Notes: generated by a model from the sequence alone, not told the origin. A stretch of 64,000 bases of DNA from Styela clava (GCF_964204865.1 NC_135254.1:24118001-24182000), one strand, 5' to 3'; counted from the first letter of the stretch, positions 27,001-41,400 are shown. Numbers and translations are program-made.

Positions 27001-29965
27001 TTGAGATGCCGAGATTTCTCCAAAGCACTGGAATATACTAACCACATCCAAAAAAGAAAATAAGATGGAAAAAATCGTCAAATGTACATGATCAAATTAC
27101 TGGAATTTGGCAATTTTGGACATCTCTTAGTGTGTAAAAGCTACATTAAGGTGTAACTGCTATTGGTTAATATTTAACTTTCCTAACGTCTCTTAAATAT
27201 AAAGCATTCTATATTGGCGACTGTTAGCTTTCATGGCCTGTCATTGGTTAACTTGAGTCTTTGTAAATATTAGTATTATGAAAGCATGTTGGTGTGTTTA
27301 CCATAAACCGTTTAAGTGCTCATAAGTTTTTCTACAAAATATAAAATTCAGTTAACGTTATACAGGTGAAACTCCTATTTGCAAACTAGGATGATTTGAC
27401 TTATACAAATTAAAACAAGATCTAGGACAATGTTGTGTTTGTTAGGACACATGTAAGAGTATTCAGGTCGTCTCTTAAATATAATGGGTCGGTATTGTTT
27501 CGTATCTTACGCAATTCGAATATGCCCAGTGCAGTTGTTTTTATGGACAGCAATGAGTTGAGTTAAAATGGAAGCAAGCTCTACAGTCTACACTACAAGC
27601 TAATTCCTAAATATCCATAAAAAAATGATTTCGGTATCGCGCAGGCGATAAATGGTTGATAGTCGTTCATAAATTAATCATAAAACTGGATTGTAGTCCA
27701 AACATGTCTTTGGAATGTTGAAGCGCAAATTTAATTTTGCGACGGTAATATGTAAAAACGATCAAAAACGCATCAAATTGAATTGTATTTTCAATTCGAC
27801 ATTTTCAGATGGCAATCTTCGATTGGGTATGAGCTAGATATGAATCTAGCCTTAGCATACTTGAATTATGACTTTCTTGGCGCCGCATCGTATAGGAAAT
27901 AATGTCTATGACAATTAAATATTCTTATCTATTACTCAAAAGCCCAATACGCCCGTCGGGTGACCGCAACATGTAATTTTCATATTTATTACCGCAACGC
28001 ATTGCAATTCAGTCGTCGCAAAGCAACAAGTTTTTGTGGTGGTAACTGTACAAGTTTTTCGTCTGCAAAAATAATTGCCTACCTCACATCTCAAAATTTT
28101 TAGGAACACGAACACTGTTTGATCGATCTCGGTTTGGAGTTAAAGTTTAGCAAGACATTCTATATTTCGATTTGTGGTTTTAAGAAGTATAGTGCTGTAA
28201 GTAAGAGTTCTCTGCTAATTGCGCTATATCCATATTCTATAGGATGCCCATAGGAATATATCCCAAAACCGAAAATGACTGATAAATTGTTTTCACAGTC
28301 CACACTGAGTGAAAATATAATGTGAAGCTTCAAAACGCAATGTGTGAAATTTGTACAGAAAATTAAATTCAAGTGATTTCGCTTGTTTTTGTAGTTCATT
28401 GAGTTTATTATTTGCATATGTAGATATACTATATCTGTCCATGATGCAATATTGCAAATGTATGGTTACATGAGGGCCAGAAATTATATCTTGAGTAATT
28501 TCTGTTTCTAATGGATGTAAGCGATTGATTCGGTGTTAGATAATAATTTACTAAAAAACGTATGGAATACGTGTATTGATATTTGTAAATAATTACCTGG
28601 TTCAAGAAGTCTGCACTCAATTTGTTCGTTAATGAATAACTGAAAGTAGTAATAAGTGAAGCTTCCATTTTAAGTGACTTACAGAGTATCGTTGTGTAAA
28701 AAAAGGAAAACACAGGTTAGTAGAGCATTACCACTGTTGTGCATTCTGGTTTACACACAGTTGGATCAGGGTAGTCATTTTTGAAGATGTGGTTACAATT
28801 TGAATAATTTCAAAGTCGATAATTATGAGAGTTGAATTTAAATTTTGTTTAGTTAATGCATTTAGTTTTATCAGATTAGAATATGGAAACCTTATATTTG
28901 CACCGCAGTGATATCTTTATTTACTCGTATACATTTAACCGTTTTAATAGTTAAATTTGTATAAATATTAGTAAAATTTCAGTATAATTTCCTATGAAAT
29001 AGTGTTATATTTCGCAAAAAAACAATACATAATACATGTGCTAATCGGATTATAAAAGAATTAATTGTTTTACTAAGTATTCAACAACGTTCAATAATCC
29101 CACACAACATTCAATCTTGACAACTTAGCAAATCTATAAGCCGAATCCACACGTATTTTCGTAGCATTTCATAGCGCGTGAAAAAAATTCATGTACCGCA
29201 TCAAAGACTGTGCTCAGCAATTCTTCAATAGTAAACTTTAAGTCACATTCCAAATGCAATTCTATAGTCCAGGTTACTTGGTAATATATTGTAATTTATG
29301 ACGAATATATAATACGTTGCATGAAGAAAAAGTCTTTTAAAAACGAAAAATATACGAAAAAAATATGGAAATCGTATAATTCCTCAGTTAAAAATGTGCA
29401 AATGATTTCATGTTTCATAGCGCGGACTTATAGAGCTGATATAATTGAATATGTTTTTTCACGGTATTACGAATGTAATTCAATTACTGAATTCATCAAA
29501 AATTTAATGCCTATTTCTCTCAAACACAAATGCTTGGTCATTCATCGAACTTCCCATGGGAACACGTTAATCTCTACAGACTAAGCTTTAAAGATTTGTT
29601 TACATGGATTTGGATTCCCGTAGTCGCAAAATACTGAAACAAACTGACAATCTAAAACTCTTTATTACGAAAACATAAAGCTGAGAAATTGGAGTTGCCA
29701 ATTTTTGATAAATTTAGATGTTCATAACCGCTCGTCCATGGACGTTATTTCTCGATGCTATTTCCCTAAACACAATCGACAAATAAATTTGTACCTTCTT
29801 TACTGATCGGCCTTCATTGTTGATTTTTACCTTTGCTCAAGTTTGTTAGAAAAATCAAGCAATAATTACTTCGAAGATTTTTGTGAATTTATTTTCTCCC
29901 TTGCAGATAGAAATTAATTATATGTTCTAATTCTGAAATAATGGATTGTCTGCAAAGTGGAATAC

Positions 29966-32900
29966 ATGGAAGAGCTGAATATGAGTAGCTGCTGCAATCA
30001 GCAGCCACAAGAGTCGTTTTCAAGTTCCGAACACAACACCGTAGTGCGATGTGATAATCATTTTCGCCGGTGTAACTCAGGAGAGACAGTATGGAAGGAA
30101 CATAAGTTGCGTAACGGTCATGCGGTCAATTATAATTATGGGATTTATGCGAGAAAAACAAAATTATGTCGTGGAACTTATGTCAAATGCTTATCAAAAT
30201 TCCATGTCACAAATTTCCTTTCAATGTCAGAGCAAGGCTCATTAAGCCTATGCAGGCGAGCTGCCGGGCACGTTTTTTTAGGACCAAATCCCAATTGTGC
30301 CAGAGACACGCCGAAAGATAATGTCTGTACCTATGCAAAATCTACAAGAAAATACGTTTCAAGCAGCATGCCAATCTGCGTGTTGCTATGTTTTTTCCTT
30401 TTAAGATCTGTCTCAAGTCAAACCACTGTGACAAATGGATGTCCCAACAGATGCCTTTGCGTGTTCGGCGAAGATAATCATCAGCTAATGAACATTTTAC
30501 TCGAAAATGAAAATCAAATCGGTGCTTGGGAACGAATCAAGACAAAACCGAATCACGTAAATACATATTTCTGCACACGTTCTGGATTTTCCACTGTACC
30601 CAAAGGACTATCCGCCGAGATCGAAGCGCTATTTTTGGACGGTAATAAAATATCCCAATTAAATTCTTTAGATTTTGTGGCAGACAGGGATGACGTTGAA
30701 ACTTCATCACCGATCACTGTTTTGAGTCTCGCTAACAATACCATACACTCAATAAGCAATGATGCTTTTCGTTCACTTAAACACTTGAGGCTTCTAATTC
30801 TAAAAGAAAACTACTTGCAGAACCTACAATGGACCTTAGGTTTAACAATGTACCATGAGCTTCTGGAGATGGATTTGTCTTCAAATATTATCAAATATTT
30901 TCGATTGAACGAAGCAGGTTTTTTTCCTGTTCTCAAGAGGTATGCATGAGCATTTATTTTCTGAAGTTTTTGTTCATATATTACAATACTTTAATTACCG
31001 AACTTTTGTTTATATTGTTACATAACGCATTGAATATAATATGTATTCTCTTTTAATAGTTGAGATTTGAATCAAATACTTTATCAACACATGCTCAAAA
31101 TTAAAATTGCGATTAAATTAATAGCAATGCTTACATATATTTTTTTAACTTTTCCAGGCTGGATTTGAGCAGAAATGAGATCCTATCAATTGAAGGAAAT
31201 GTTCTTGCAAACTTTCCCAAACTTGAGCATTTAGATCTGTCTTCAAATCAAATAACATCCGGAGGTCTCTCACCAAGTGATTCATTTGTTTATTCCTTAA
31301 AGAGCTTATTGCTTTCAAATAATGACATAAGTTTGGATTCTGTTAAAGATACGGAATTTTTCAATAAATTTGGCCAACTGAGATATCTGGACATCAGCAA
31401 AAACAAGATATCACGAGGTGTACTTTCTAGTAAAACATTCGCTGGATTGGAAGATCTAAGGGAATTGAACTTAAGCTCTTGTGATATTAAAAAATTGGAA
31501 CAAGGCTGGATAAATGGTGGGCCTGAGAAAAATATCAAAGTTTTAGATCTTTCACATAACGTATTATCCAAAATATCCGCACATGCTTTGTCTGCCGTAT
31601 TCACGCTTGACCTCAATGTGACGCCATCTTATGAAGGGAACGCGGCTGCAAAGCAAAGTGAAACTATCGATGAGGCAATGTTGGATTTCATGGAAATTCC
31701 GAGAGAAAATGTGGAGCCACACTGGTTACGACCTTTACCATTGTTGAATACACTTTACTTGAATGGAAATCCTCATTTAAACTATATAGAAGATGATACG
31801 TTTGACTATTTACCAAACCTACAATACTTATTTCTTCAGGTAAATATAATTTTCACATATTAACGGAGCATAAGGTGAACGAAACATCGAAACAACGACT
31901 AGGAGGTTTCTGAAAAATGCAACCATACTAATCGCTTGTTATTATTTTAAATGCATTCTTGTCCAATCGACTCAGATTGTTCATGAATAAGTACATTCGT
32001 TTTCATGAAAAATAATTCTCAGTAATTAATTAAAAAGTTGGTCTGTGAACACAGACAGAATCAAGCATAGCTTTATTATCTATATATATATACTATATCA
32101 CTACCTTTCTACTCATAAATGTGGTATTCATACACATGACACTGATATATTTTAAAGCCACATACGCAGACATTCAATGTGAGTCCCCATATAGTTCAAC
32201 TAATTGTTTAGTTATGCTAATTTGGGACTTTTTGGCAAATAACCATTAAAGCAGGATCTATTAAAGCAGGAATTCTGCATATATTTATATAGCAATTTGT
32301 ATTTATTTATTTTTTGAATGAGAGAAGGGGTGAAACACCTCGTGAAAAGTAACAAGACGGTTCTATTTAATTTTGGAGAATGCAATCCAAACTGTATTTT
32401 ATTATTTTTATGTCCGAATGAATTTCTCTTCCAGTCAAAAATTTGTGCAAGTGGCGCTAGAATTCACTTAGGGGCAAAACTTTGTAACTGCTCCGTATAA
32501 GTTTATACTATAATGTGTTATATAACATGTTTGTTCGGCATTAAAACAACGTTTGATTAGTCGATGAATTATTTAAAGCGAAGCGTGTATCAACACAATG
32601 ATATATGCCAAACCTGAAGTGCTCGTTCTCTCTTGAGGCTAGAAGCTTGGTATGAATGCATCAAAATTTATGTGATAAACACGGATCAAATTTAGTCTTA
32701 CTGTTACCAGGTAGAACAAAGTTATTGTTCAAATCCTGGCATCTCATTCCACTTATATTTTGCTAATGCGATATCATATCAATTGGTTTGATTTTTGTGT
32801 CAGAGAAAAGCAGTAAAACATTTCAAACCAAATGTTTATGTTGATTTCTGACAAATTTGAAAAATCTGCTATTTAACGAATTGTTTATAATGCAACTGTT

Positions 32901-35013
32901 TATATTGAACCGAGGGGTAAATGTCTTACAAAAATATCAGCAGTATTCACTGGAAATGGAAAAAAAAATCAAAGTGTTGTTAATGATACATTATACAAAA
33001 CCGCTCACCCTTTTTTAATATTTAATCTTGTAGCTTGATATGTGTTAATCCTTATAAAACCCTATTTTTATGCAATTTTAGAACTGTGGGATTCGACGCC
33101 TCAACATTGCATCCGCAAGATATCGATATGGAGCACTGCCGATTTCAACCACTTTACCAAGATTATCGCATATATGGGTACATGGGAACCCTCTAGAATG
33201 CGATTGCTACATTAGGTTTTTGAAAGAATGGTCAGTAACAGTAGTCACCGTCAACGGTAATCAGTCTTCAGGAAAACACATCGACCCACCTTCCTACACG
33301 ATCAATTCTCAGACAAAACAGATTGAAGTCGAACTAGCTGTCTGTGCATCTCCCGCAAATATGGCGGGGCTGACCATTGCAAATGCGCAAGGACAGGGAA
33401 TGACATGTCAAGATGAACCATACTCAATTTTTATTGCGGTACTCATTGGACCACTGACTTTTGCAGGATCAGTTTTGCTAACAATGATATGTGGGTGAGT
33501 GTCCTTTTCTTCAAAGGTATATATCCATGAATATTAAACAAATACACGAGATGGAACTTCATTCTATGCAATAAACTCTGTAAAACAATGAGTCCAATGA
33601 TAATAGGTATACGATTTTCGCTTTTGAAGTTATCAGTAAACCGCAATGTCCTTCGTAAATTTCTATGTCAATTGACTTTGTATATTATTATTATTCTGTG
33701 TTAACGCATAGACGGGTTTCCAGTAAAAGCAGAGATATACAAATATCTTTCGTTTTCGTACAGATCTTTTCATGTTTGTTTTGTAAAAATGAAAAAAGGA
33801 GCAGTTCTATCTTATCACGCTCGTGAAGAAATGATGAGAAATCCGAAAGTAAGAGGCAGACGACGCAACGTTCCGCCAAATATTTTCAGTAGCTTCGGAT
33901 GGACTGCACCATTACCACAAGACGATATATCGACTTATAGCCCCGGGTATGATTTTATATTTGATCTGGTGATAAACATCTAAACTTTTGTTGTGCATGG
34001 TATCCAGCCATAACATAATTTTGACGCAGTTGACAAGGCCCCGTAAACCCGAACAAAATTAACTAGGCCCATATGAAACATTTTCTTCAAAAAAAATTCA
34101 AAAATGTCAACGCTTAGTCTGTATGAAAGTATTTTGACCGCCATTACAACTTATGAAGCCTTATCCAATAGTGCGATCAAATAATTCTAATGTAAAATAG
34201 CACCATAATTCAGTGTTGGGTATAGGGACGATATAACAGGGATATCTCAGCAGAAAAATCCGAAACTTTTTACAATTCTGGTACAGATGTAAAAAAAACT
34301 AATTTTGATATTTTAAACTTGAATTTTTATTAATTTTCATTTTTTTTTGTCAACAAAACAATAAATGTACAATATTTAGTGAGCATAGAAAATGAACAAA
34401 AAAAGCGTTGAAGCACGGTCACTTTCCTTTCAGAAGTCGTACTGGTCGCTACACCAACCTTGTTCTCGGACAGCTGGGTGAACACAGGTCCCATCCAACA
34501 GTTAGCGCTGGTATATTATCACACACAATGGCTCTTGGTCATTCTACTACAAATCTCACAGTAGAGGACGCCCCGCACAACAAGAAGAAAGTTGACGAAA
34601 ATATAAAAGACACTGATGAAATTCGTAAACGATCTGGTACTCCTCTTCTTGTAGTCAGAGGAGGAAGATACAACGAGTCAGGAAACAATGATTATGGAAC
34701 GGGTCACAGCAGTGTGGCAACGCGAAGCGCTTCCCACGATATACCTTTCATTGATGAGAAAGGTCACCTGAGCTCATGTCCACAATCTCAAAGTCTAGAA
34801 GACATGCGTCGCAATTCATTTTCCGAAGAAATTGATCGAAGACAATTACTCTCGCACAAGAGAGAACACTCGTTAACAACGCTGTCTTCCAGTGACCCCG
34901 AAGGACATTCGGGATCACCTTCTGATGGGAGCATTCAGAGCCCAGTCAGCATTCACGCCATTCCTGAACCATCTGGAAGTAGTCACGGTAGCTCTGAAGA
35001 AGTTTGTTTGTAA
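29966..35013 (+). CDS. type I transmembrane LRR protein (LRRNT-LRRs-LRRCT-TM-cytoplasmic tail; no Ig, FN3 or TIR domain seen)
   Basis: Coding exons (29966 or 30368)-30939, 31158-31839, 33082-33494, 33764-33946, 34434-35013; all GT-AG with matching phases; 809 aa from the ATG at 30368 (signal peptide MPICVLLCFFLLRSVSS) or 943 aa from 29966. CPNRCLC LRRNT, HGNPLECDC LRRCT, TM YSIFIAVLIGPLTFAGSVLLTMICG, Ser-rich tail ending EEVCL. Splice acceptor TTGCAG at 29901-29906 implies an upstream non-coding exon or trans-splicing. Confidence 0.9.
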
Positions 35014-35756
35014 AAGTGAAACTTAAATTTGAAAGGAAATAATAACTAACTTTCACAAGGTTTCAAGTCAACGCAATGCTTTTTCAAGTCTTGCCTGTGT
35101 TCGAAATTAGCAAAAATATATCTAACTCAGTCGTTCATCTGACAGAATTTGATTCGATTAATTAACAATTTTACTCACATGAATAGGTTTTTGTTCTGGA
35201 GTATAATTTTGGGTACAGGCGGTAGAACGTACACAAAACTATTTGGGTATGGCCGGTTACAACAGAGCTATCTAAAGTACCGAGATTTTTTTTTTTAGAT
35301 GTACATGTTTAAGTTTGCCAAATCAATATAGCAGTCATTACCAGGAAGATATATCTTTCCGCAAACTTCAGTTTTTCATACTCTTCTAGGAATTTGTTTT
35401 TAGTATAATTGGTGTAATTTTCATCTTTTTTTAATTGTGTACTTTTTCTGTTTTTATTGTGTCCTAATGAAACTTAATTTATTTTTTTTTGGTATGTTAT
35501 TACATTCCTATAATACATAAATGGCTTTCGTGATACTGATTAACACCAAAATTATGGTACGAGAAAATAGCACAATAGTAGTGTTTGTTGTTCATAGTGA
35601 TAGTGCGTTCAATTTACGTCGCTACAAACTGACTGATGTTTACTTTTATTGCTATGAGGAATTTATTAATGTTATGAAGCTTTGCTCCTTGCATCTCTCT
35701 CCGATATAACTCGTGATAAATTCCGGCTTCCGTTTGAAAGAAACATTGATATTAGG

Positions 35757-35998
35757 TAACAAGAGAGCTATGCTCAAATATATGGACACGTAGAGTCACA
35801 TAATTTTGATGACGTCATAGCGGGAAAAAAAGTAATAGCCTTCTGGAGAAAATTTTTATCTTTAACCACTGAAAATTTCAAAGCAATTGGTCCAGTATTC
35901 GAAGAGAAAAGCGACTTTTTAAAAACGTGTCAAAGAACAAGAACAACAACAACAACATAATATTGAAACGATCGTTATGTCCACTACGTGTCCAACAA
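35757..35998 (+). mobile_element. short interspersed repeat with subterminal inverted repeats (Helentron/HINE-like non-autonomous element)
   Basis: TGGACACGTAG (35783-35793) / CTACGTGTCCA (35984-35994) inverted pair, internal (AAC)n microsatellite; the core AAAGTAATAGCCTTCTGG...CAATTGGTCCAGT recurs at 37002-37180 and, diverged, at ~63585-63690. Superfamily assignment is tentative. Confidence 0.55.
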
Positions 35999-36054
35999 AG
36001 AGATGAGAGCTGAATTCACGGCGGTACCGGTACTTAACGTAGGTGCGGTACTGA

Positions 36055-36710
36055 GTTAGCAGTCAGCCAGCATCTTACCTGTACACTGTAGGCCATATAC
36101 GGTAATTGATCACAGAACAGTTGTTCCCTTGCAAATTTTATGTTGTTTACACTTTAGGACAGATAATTGATCACAGAACAATTCTTCCCTTTCAAATTTT
36201 ATGTTGTTTCCAGTAGACTCTCATCAAAATAAACAAATATAGTAGGCTACAAGTGCTACAACGCTTGCATTACTGCACTGGTAGGACCGTGAAAGAATAA
36301 GTTACGGTAATTTCATTGTGGTAAGACACCGGTACCGGCACCAGTACCAGTATCGTACTTACGTACTGAGCTACCAGTACCGGTTAGCAGTCAGCCAGCA
36401 TCTTACCTGTACACTGTAGGCCATATACGGTAATTGATCACAGAACAGTTGTTCCCTTGCAAATTTTATGTTGTTTACACTTTAGGACAGATAATTGATC
36501 ACAGAACAATTCTTCCCTTTCAAATTTTATGTTGTTTCCAGTAGACTCTCATCAAAATAAACAAATATAGTAGGCTACAAGTGCTACAACGCTTGCATTA
36601 CTGCACTGGTAGGACCGTGAAAGAATAAGTTACGGTAATTTCATTGTGGTAAGACACCGGTACCGGCACCAGTACCAGTATCGTACTTACGTACTGATCT
36701 ACCAGTACCG
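36055..36710 (+). repeat. near-perfect tandem duplication, period 328 bp
   Basis: GTTAGCAGTCAGCCAGC starts at 36055 and 36383; I saw one mismatch (CTGAGCT vs CTGATCT); each unit itself holds a ~62-bp-period repeat TAATTGATCACAGAACA...TTTTATGTTGTTT. Confidence 0.92.
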
Positions 36711-37001
36711 GTACCGAACCTGTAGGTCTGATATTCTGTTCCGCATACGTTAGGCTATAAAACTTGCATTGCAGCATTAGTAATACCGCGGAAGGAATAA
36801 GTCAATTTCACTGCGTTACGGCACCGGTATGGCAACTTACCAGTACCACCCTACAGTAGCTGTAGTACTGAGCAAGACAATCGATCGCGAAACCGCTTGA
36901 AATAAGTGTAAAACAGTGTTCCCATGAGTAAAAATAAATACCGCGAAATTTTGTATGAAATATCATATCTCATAGGATTCATATAAAATTTAAAAATAAA
37001 T

Positions 37002-37180
37002 AAAAGTAATAGCCTTCTGGGGAAAAATATAATCTTTACTCACTGAAAATTTCAAAGCAATTGGTCCAGTAATCAACGAGAAAAGCGATTTTTTCATAAC
37101 GATACCAAGAAGAAGACAAATAAGAACAAGAACAACAAAAATACCAAAACGATCGTTATGTCCACTAACGTGTCCAATAA
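37002..37180 (+). repeat. second copy of the 3' part of the 35757-35998 repeat family
   Basis: AAAAGTAATAGCCTTCTGG...TTTCAAAGCAATTGGTCCAGTA...CGATCGTTATGTCCACTAACGTGTCCAATAA matches 35828-35997. Confidence 0.8.
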
Positions 37181-38459
37181 CCTAATAGTTAACCTAATTT
37201 TGAATAGGTTAAAAGGTGGGAAGAAGAAATGGTGGATTTTTCGGGGCTTAGACGTATTATTTGCATAAACACCGATCCAAATTTGGTTACTTATGACTGC
37301 ACCAGTATATAAGACGTGAGGTCAAACCTGGAATTAGTTGAATTTCGCACCGCCAGAAACGCGAAATAGGCAAAAGGTAAATATATAAAGTCAGATATAT
37401 AATTTTATTTTGCCTCTGTTTCATCACAATCTCTTCAATGAAATAATAAATTGCGAATTGAGTCACAAAAAAATCCATTCCATGGGGAGTATAACTTTAA
37501 ATTTTTAGTTGTTTTGACCCAATCGCGTCTGGTTTGTTGCACAGCGTGGCAAAGTTCGTACGTTTATATGTGATCTTACTTTTAGTTAACTATTTGTGAA
37601 TTGATTTATAAAGATTGGGGGCTTTATATTTTCGCGCGGTAGCTCAATCTGAAATTTTGGTGCCAATGTCCAAGAAATATTTTTTCGTTAAGTATTTGTA
37701 TTTTCGATTTGTTAAGGCGATCGGATTTAGATAGAATACATCAGTATTAGATTGTATATACCGCATCATGCTCCTGTCCTAAAAAGTAAGGCAACCATTC
37801 CAAATGTATAAACGTAAGCCGTGAAAAGAGGTTGGGCAATACTCAATCCGGAGATATAAGTCGGCGAGAAGCCAAGGTTTGCCATATGATTATTAATTAC
37901 CGACATTCCCGTTGTCGGGATAAACGCTATATCTCAACATCAATCATCAACTGTGTGGTTCCTGTATCATTTTGCTACAGGTACTACGCCATTCTACAAG
38001 ACCGACATCCCAACCTTACGACACTGCCATACTTGACAGATTAAGACAGATTAATCAGCGAATCGACACTCTGTATATTAGCAAAATACAAAAATTTTAT
38101 TGTCAAGCTTCCACTCGAAAATATTAAGTCCTCAAATTTTTAAACAACGATTCGCAAAATTTCAACTTTTTATAATATATATCGAAAGAAAGTGAAATAT
38201 TCAAACAAACTGAACATTGCCAAGCTGTCCGACAAACAAAGTGCAGTTTGACAAAAACTAGAATAAAATGCCAATTTGTGCCCTAGTGGGTGGTGGCCCC
38301 ATTCCCATGAGAACTAGATTGAAAATTGTTTGTGCATGCCACTTTTTGATCTTCCGCGTAGATATTTTAAAAAACACTCATTAATTCAAACTAGGCGGCA
38401 TTGTCGATAGTGGAGAATGGAAAAACTATATACTTTTCATGCTATAGAATAGGTCCTGG

Positions 38460-41400
38460 TCATTGAAAGTGCGAAACGCTGATGAAACATAGTTGTATCA
38501 AGGTTATATAAATAATCGAGCACAATTTCCGGCCATACGTGACACTATGTACAGATGAGTAATCTTCGTTTAATATATAATTACAGGAAGCTTCGTTGGC
38601 ACAACACGACATTTTGACTATTTGTGTATCAGGTTTATCACTACAAGTGGGAGCGAGCGTTCCGCATCCACAAGCGGTTGGCGTCGTTGGAGGTCCTCTG
38701 AAGCACCCGATCGTGTATGGAAACTTGTTAACTATGTGATACCTATTGCAGAGAAATAAATATGATTACAAAATTCCAAGGTGAAAGAAAAATACGCAGT
38801 GTATTTTTCTAGGAATACTTCATATGTACCTGTAACCTCGTCTTGCATCTTCTCGCCCATTACATTCGTCCAGTGAACTAGAATCGACGGAAACGCCTTG
38901 CTCATCAAAAGGCCCATATATAGGGAAACCGTCTAATGCCACACCTAAAACAAAGTTGAAAGAAAATCTATTAATATAGCTTAACTTCGTGTTTTAAATC
39001 GGCAACCTGCATGCGCGTGGAACGAGTGGCACAAACCATTTTGTTAAGGTGTGAGATTATCATTTCAAAAAAAATCGAATTGGACCTGAGATAGAAAAGC
39101 ATACAGTCAATGTTCAAGATAAACTATTTTATAACTTAAGACATTATGTTTAACAATAATATTAAAGTGAAAAGCTTGAGATCTTGAAATTTATGGATTT
39201 AGAAATATATACAAACTAACAAAAATATGGAAGACCGGGAAAAGTGCCACAAATTATCACAATTATAAATTCCAGCAAGATTCAAAATGCTCTGGGAACA
39301 GAAGACAGTTCCACCCTTCAACTACTATAGAACAATAGAAGTAAACACAATGGATCAAATAGTTTTATTCTGCATTTTACACTGAATATTAATCTGAATT
39401 GTTATTTGATTTTTACCTATTAGTTGACTTTCATTACAGACATTCTTGAAGGTACATAATGGAGGAGTGTTGTAATAATACTGATTGTTCTCATCCATAT
39501 TTCCCCAGCAACCGTCAAGTTTATTTTTTTCAACCAAGGCTAACATGTAAATTTAAAACTTCATCATCATGTTAAATAGTTTCAAACACTCGCCGAAATA
39601 TGAAAATTTATAATATATATAAACAGAGAACTTCCAAGTACTTTATTGAGTAAGATAAGCTTGGTGGCATATATGTTATATAAATTTACGTATGTCAACA
39701 CGATGTACCAATTATTATATCATATAAATAACTAATGCTAGGACGTACGAAAGTGGAATCACTTCCTTCGCAATTCAAATGAAAGGTGAATCATAATTTC
39801 AGCATATCATATCACTTTCCATTGCAGTTTTCTTATTATTCACTAATTCGGAGTTCACGTCATCGAAATAAAGTTTATGGGCAAAATGGCAAACATCGAT
39901 CAATAATCTCTACCAGGTAATTTTATTTCTTTGTATTATTGTTTATATACTATTATAGAACAGCAATTCATTATCTCTACCCGCATTGCAACAGTCAGAT
40001 GTGTAAGGGTTGTAAATGGGGATTCCAGTGATTGTCAATCCAATAATTCCAGGTGGAAGACATATCTTCGGATTTACAGGAATAACCGATGGTTGGAATG
40101 GAACTTCTATTTTGACTGAAACCGGTTTGATGTTGTTAAACACAATCCCTGAAACAAGGAAAAAGCTGTTTGCTACTTTTGATATTGACAAAACAAAGTG
40201 TTTTAAAGTATCTAGATTATTCATATCTCAAAAACGATTTTAAATATAAAGATCTCAATTTAAAAGTCCTAATTACACAGAATCAACTGTTTGGATCGAA
40301 ATCAGGTTTGAAATGAGCAAACCGGTCGACATTGTCACTCTAAGCGACGATTTTGTTTTGTAAGAATAGATAGAAGTTCAATGACAATTTATTCTATTTC
40401 TGTGATCCTTTCAATTCTGTGCCAAGATTTAGAAGAAAAGAATATCTATGATGGAACCGAAATACTGCGCAAAGTGCACAAGAATACTACGTTATATCGC
40501 CGGCATCACTAGTGTCACAATAGCATTGCTCCCGATATTCTCTTTATCACCAAGCACTAATAATTTGTGCTATCCATTGTTGGCACTGATATGAGTATTT
40601 ATAAGAGATGGCTACCTTCCAGCCTTCTTTGATAGTTAGTTACAATAGTCATAAGAACAAATAGTCCTATCCCTCGACCCTTTACATATATGATTGCTTT
40701 GCCAATTAACTATGTGCTATTTGAATTATTAAAACTACAAGCCCAAATTTATATTGCACGGTGTGTTTGGGAAAAGTTCTGATTTTTTTTTCAATTTTCA
40801 CTCCAGACAAATATGCGAAATATGACCATATCATAATGGATTCTGTACCAGAATACCAAAGCTTTACGACACAAGCGCTAATTTATAGTAAACAAATAAA
40901 ATAAAGGCAGAAGTACAGCGTGTATATATATTATTTTAAACGTACTTTGAGTTATGTACACCACCTGCAAATATGTAAAAGTCGAAAACAAGTTCTCTCG
41001 AACTCCCAGCATCCCCGAAATAACATAAACATAGCATGAATACAAATTTCAGTGACTAAACACAAAACCATCAGGCAAAAGAAAGCGACTCGTAGTGAAT
41101 GCCTGAATGCAAACAAAGTTGTGTCATGTTCCTTATGCAGTCTTAAACCCAGGTAACGCAATAGTTAATTAGGCAATAAATTTGCGAATCGAAGAATAAT
41201 TATGTCATAGAAATTAACAATAGCTTATTCGAGTGGAACATATTCCGTTAGCGAGTAATACAAATTTGAGTTCAGTAGTCGTAGTCGTACCTTTCAATAT
41301 AGGAGGAGTTCCATTACTGCTGGTTAATATGAGGTTGTCGTTATCGAAGGCAAATTTTATCCCATTTTCTTCAAAAATACCCAACTCCTTTATTGACAGG

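Noticed and set aside
10125-29584. Numerous 60-112 aa ORFs in the intergenic interval
   Set aside because: Composition mirrors AT-rich non-coding DNA; no recognisable domains or phase-consistent exon chains were found by eye.
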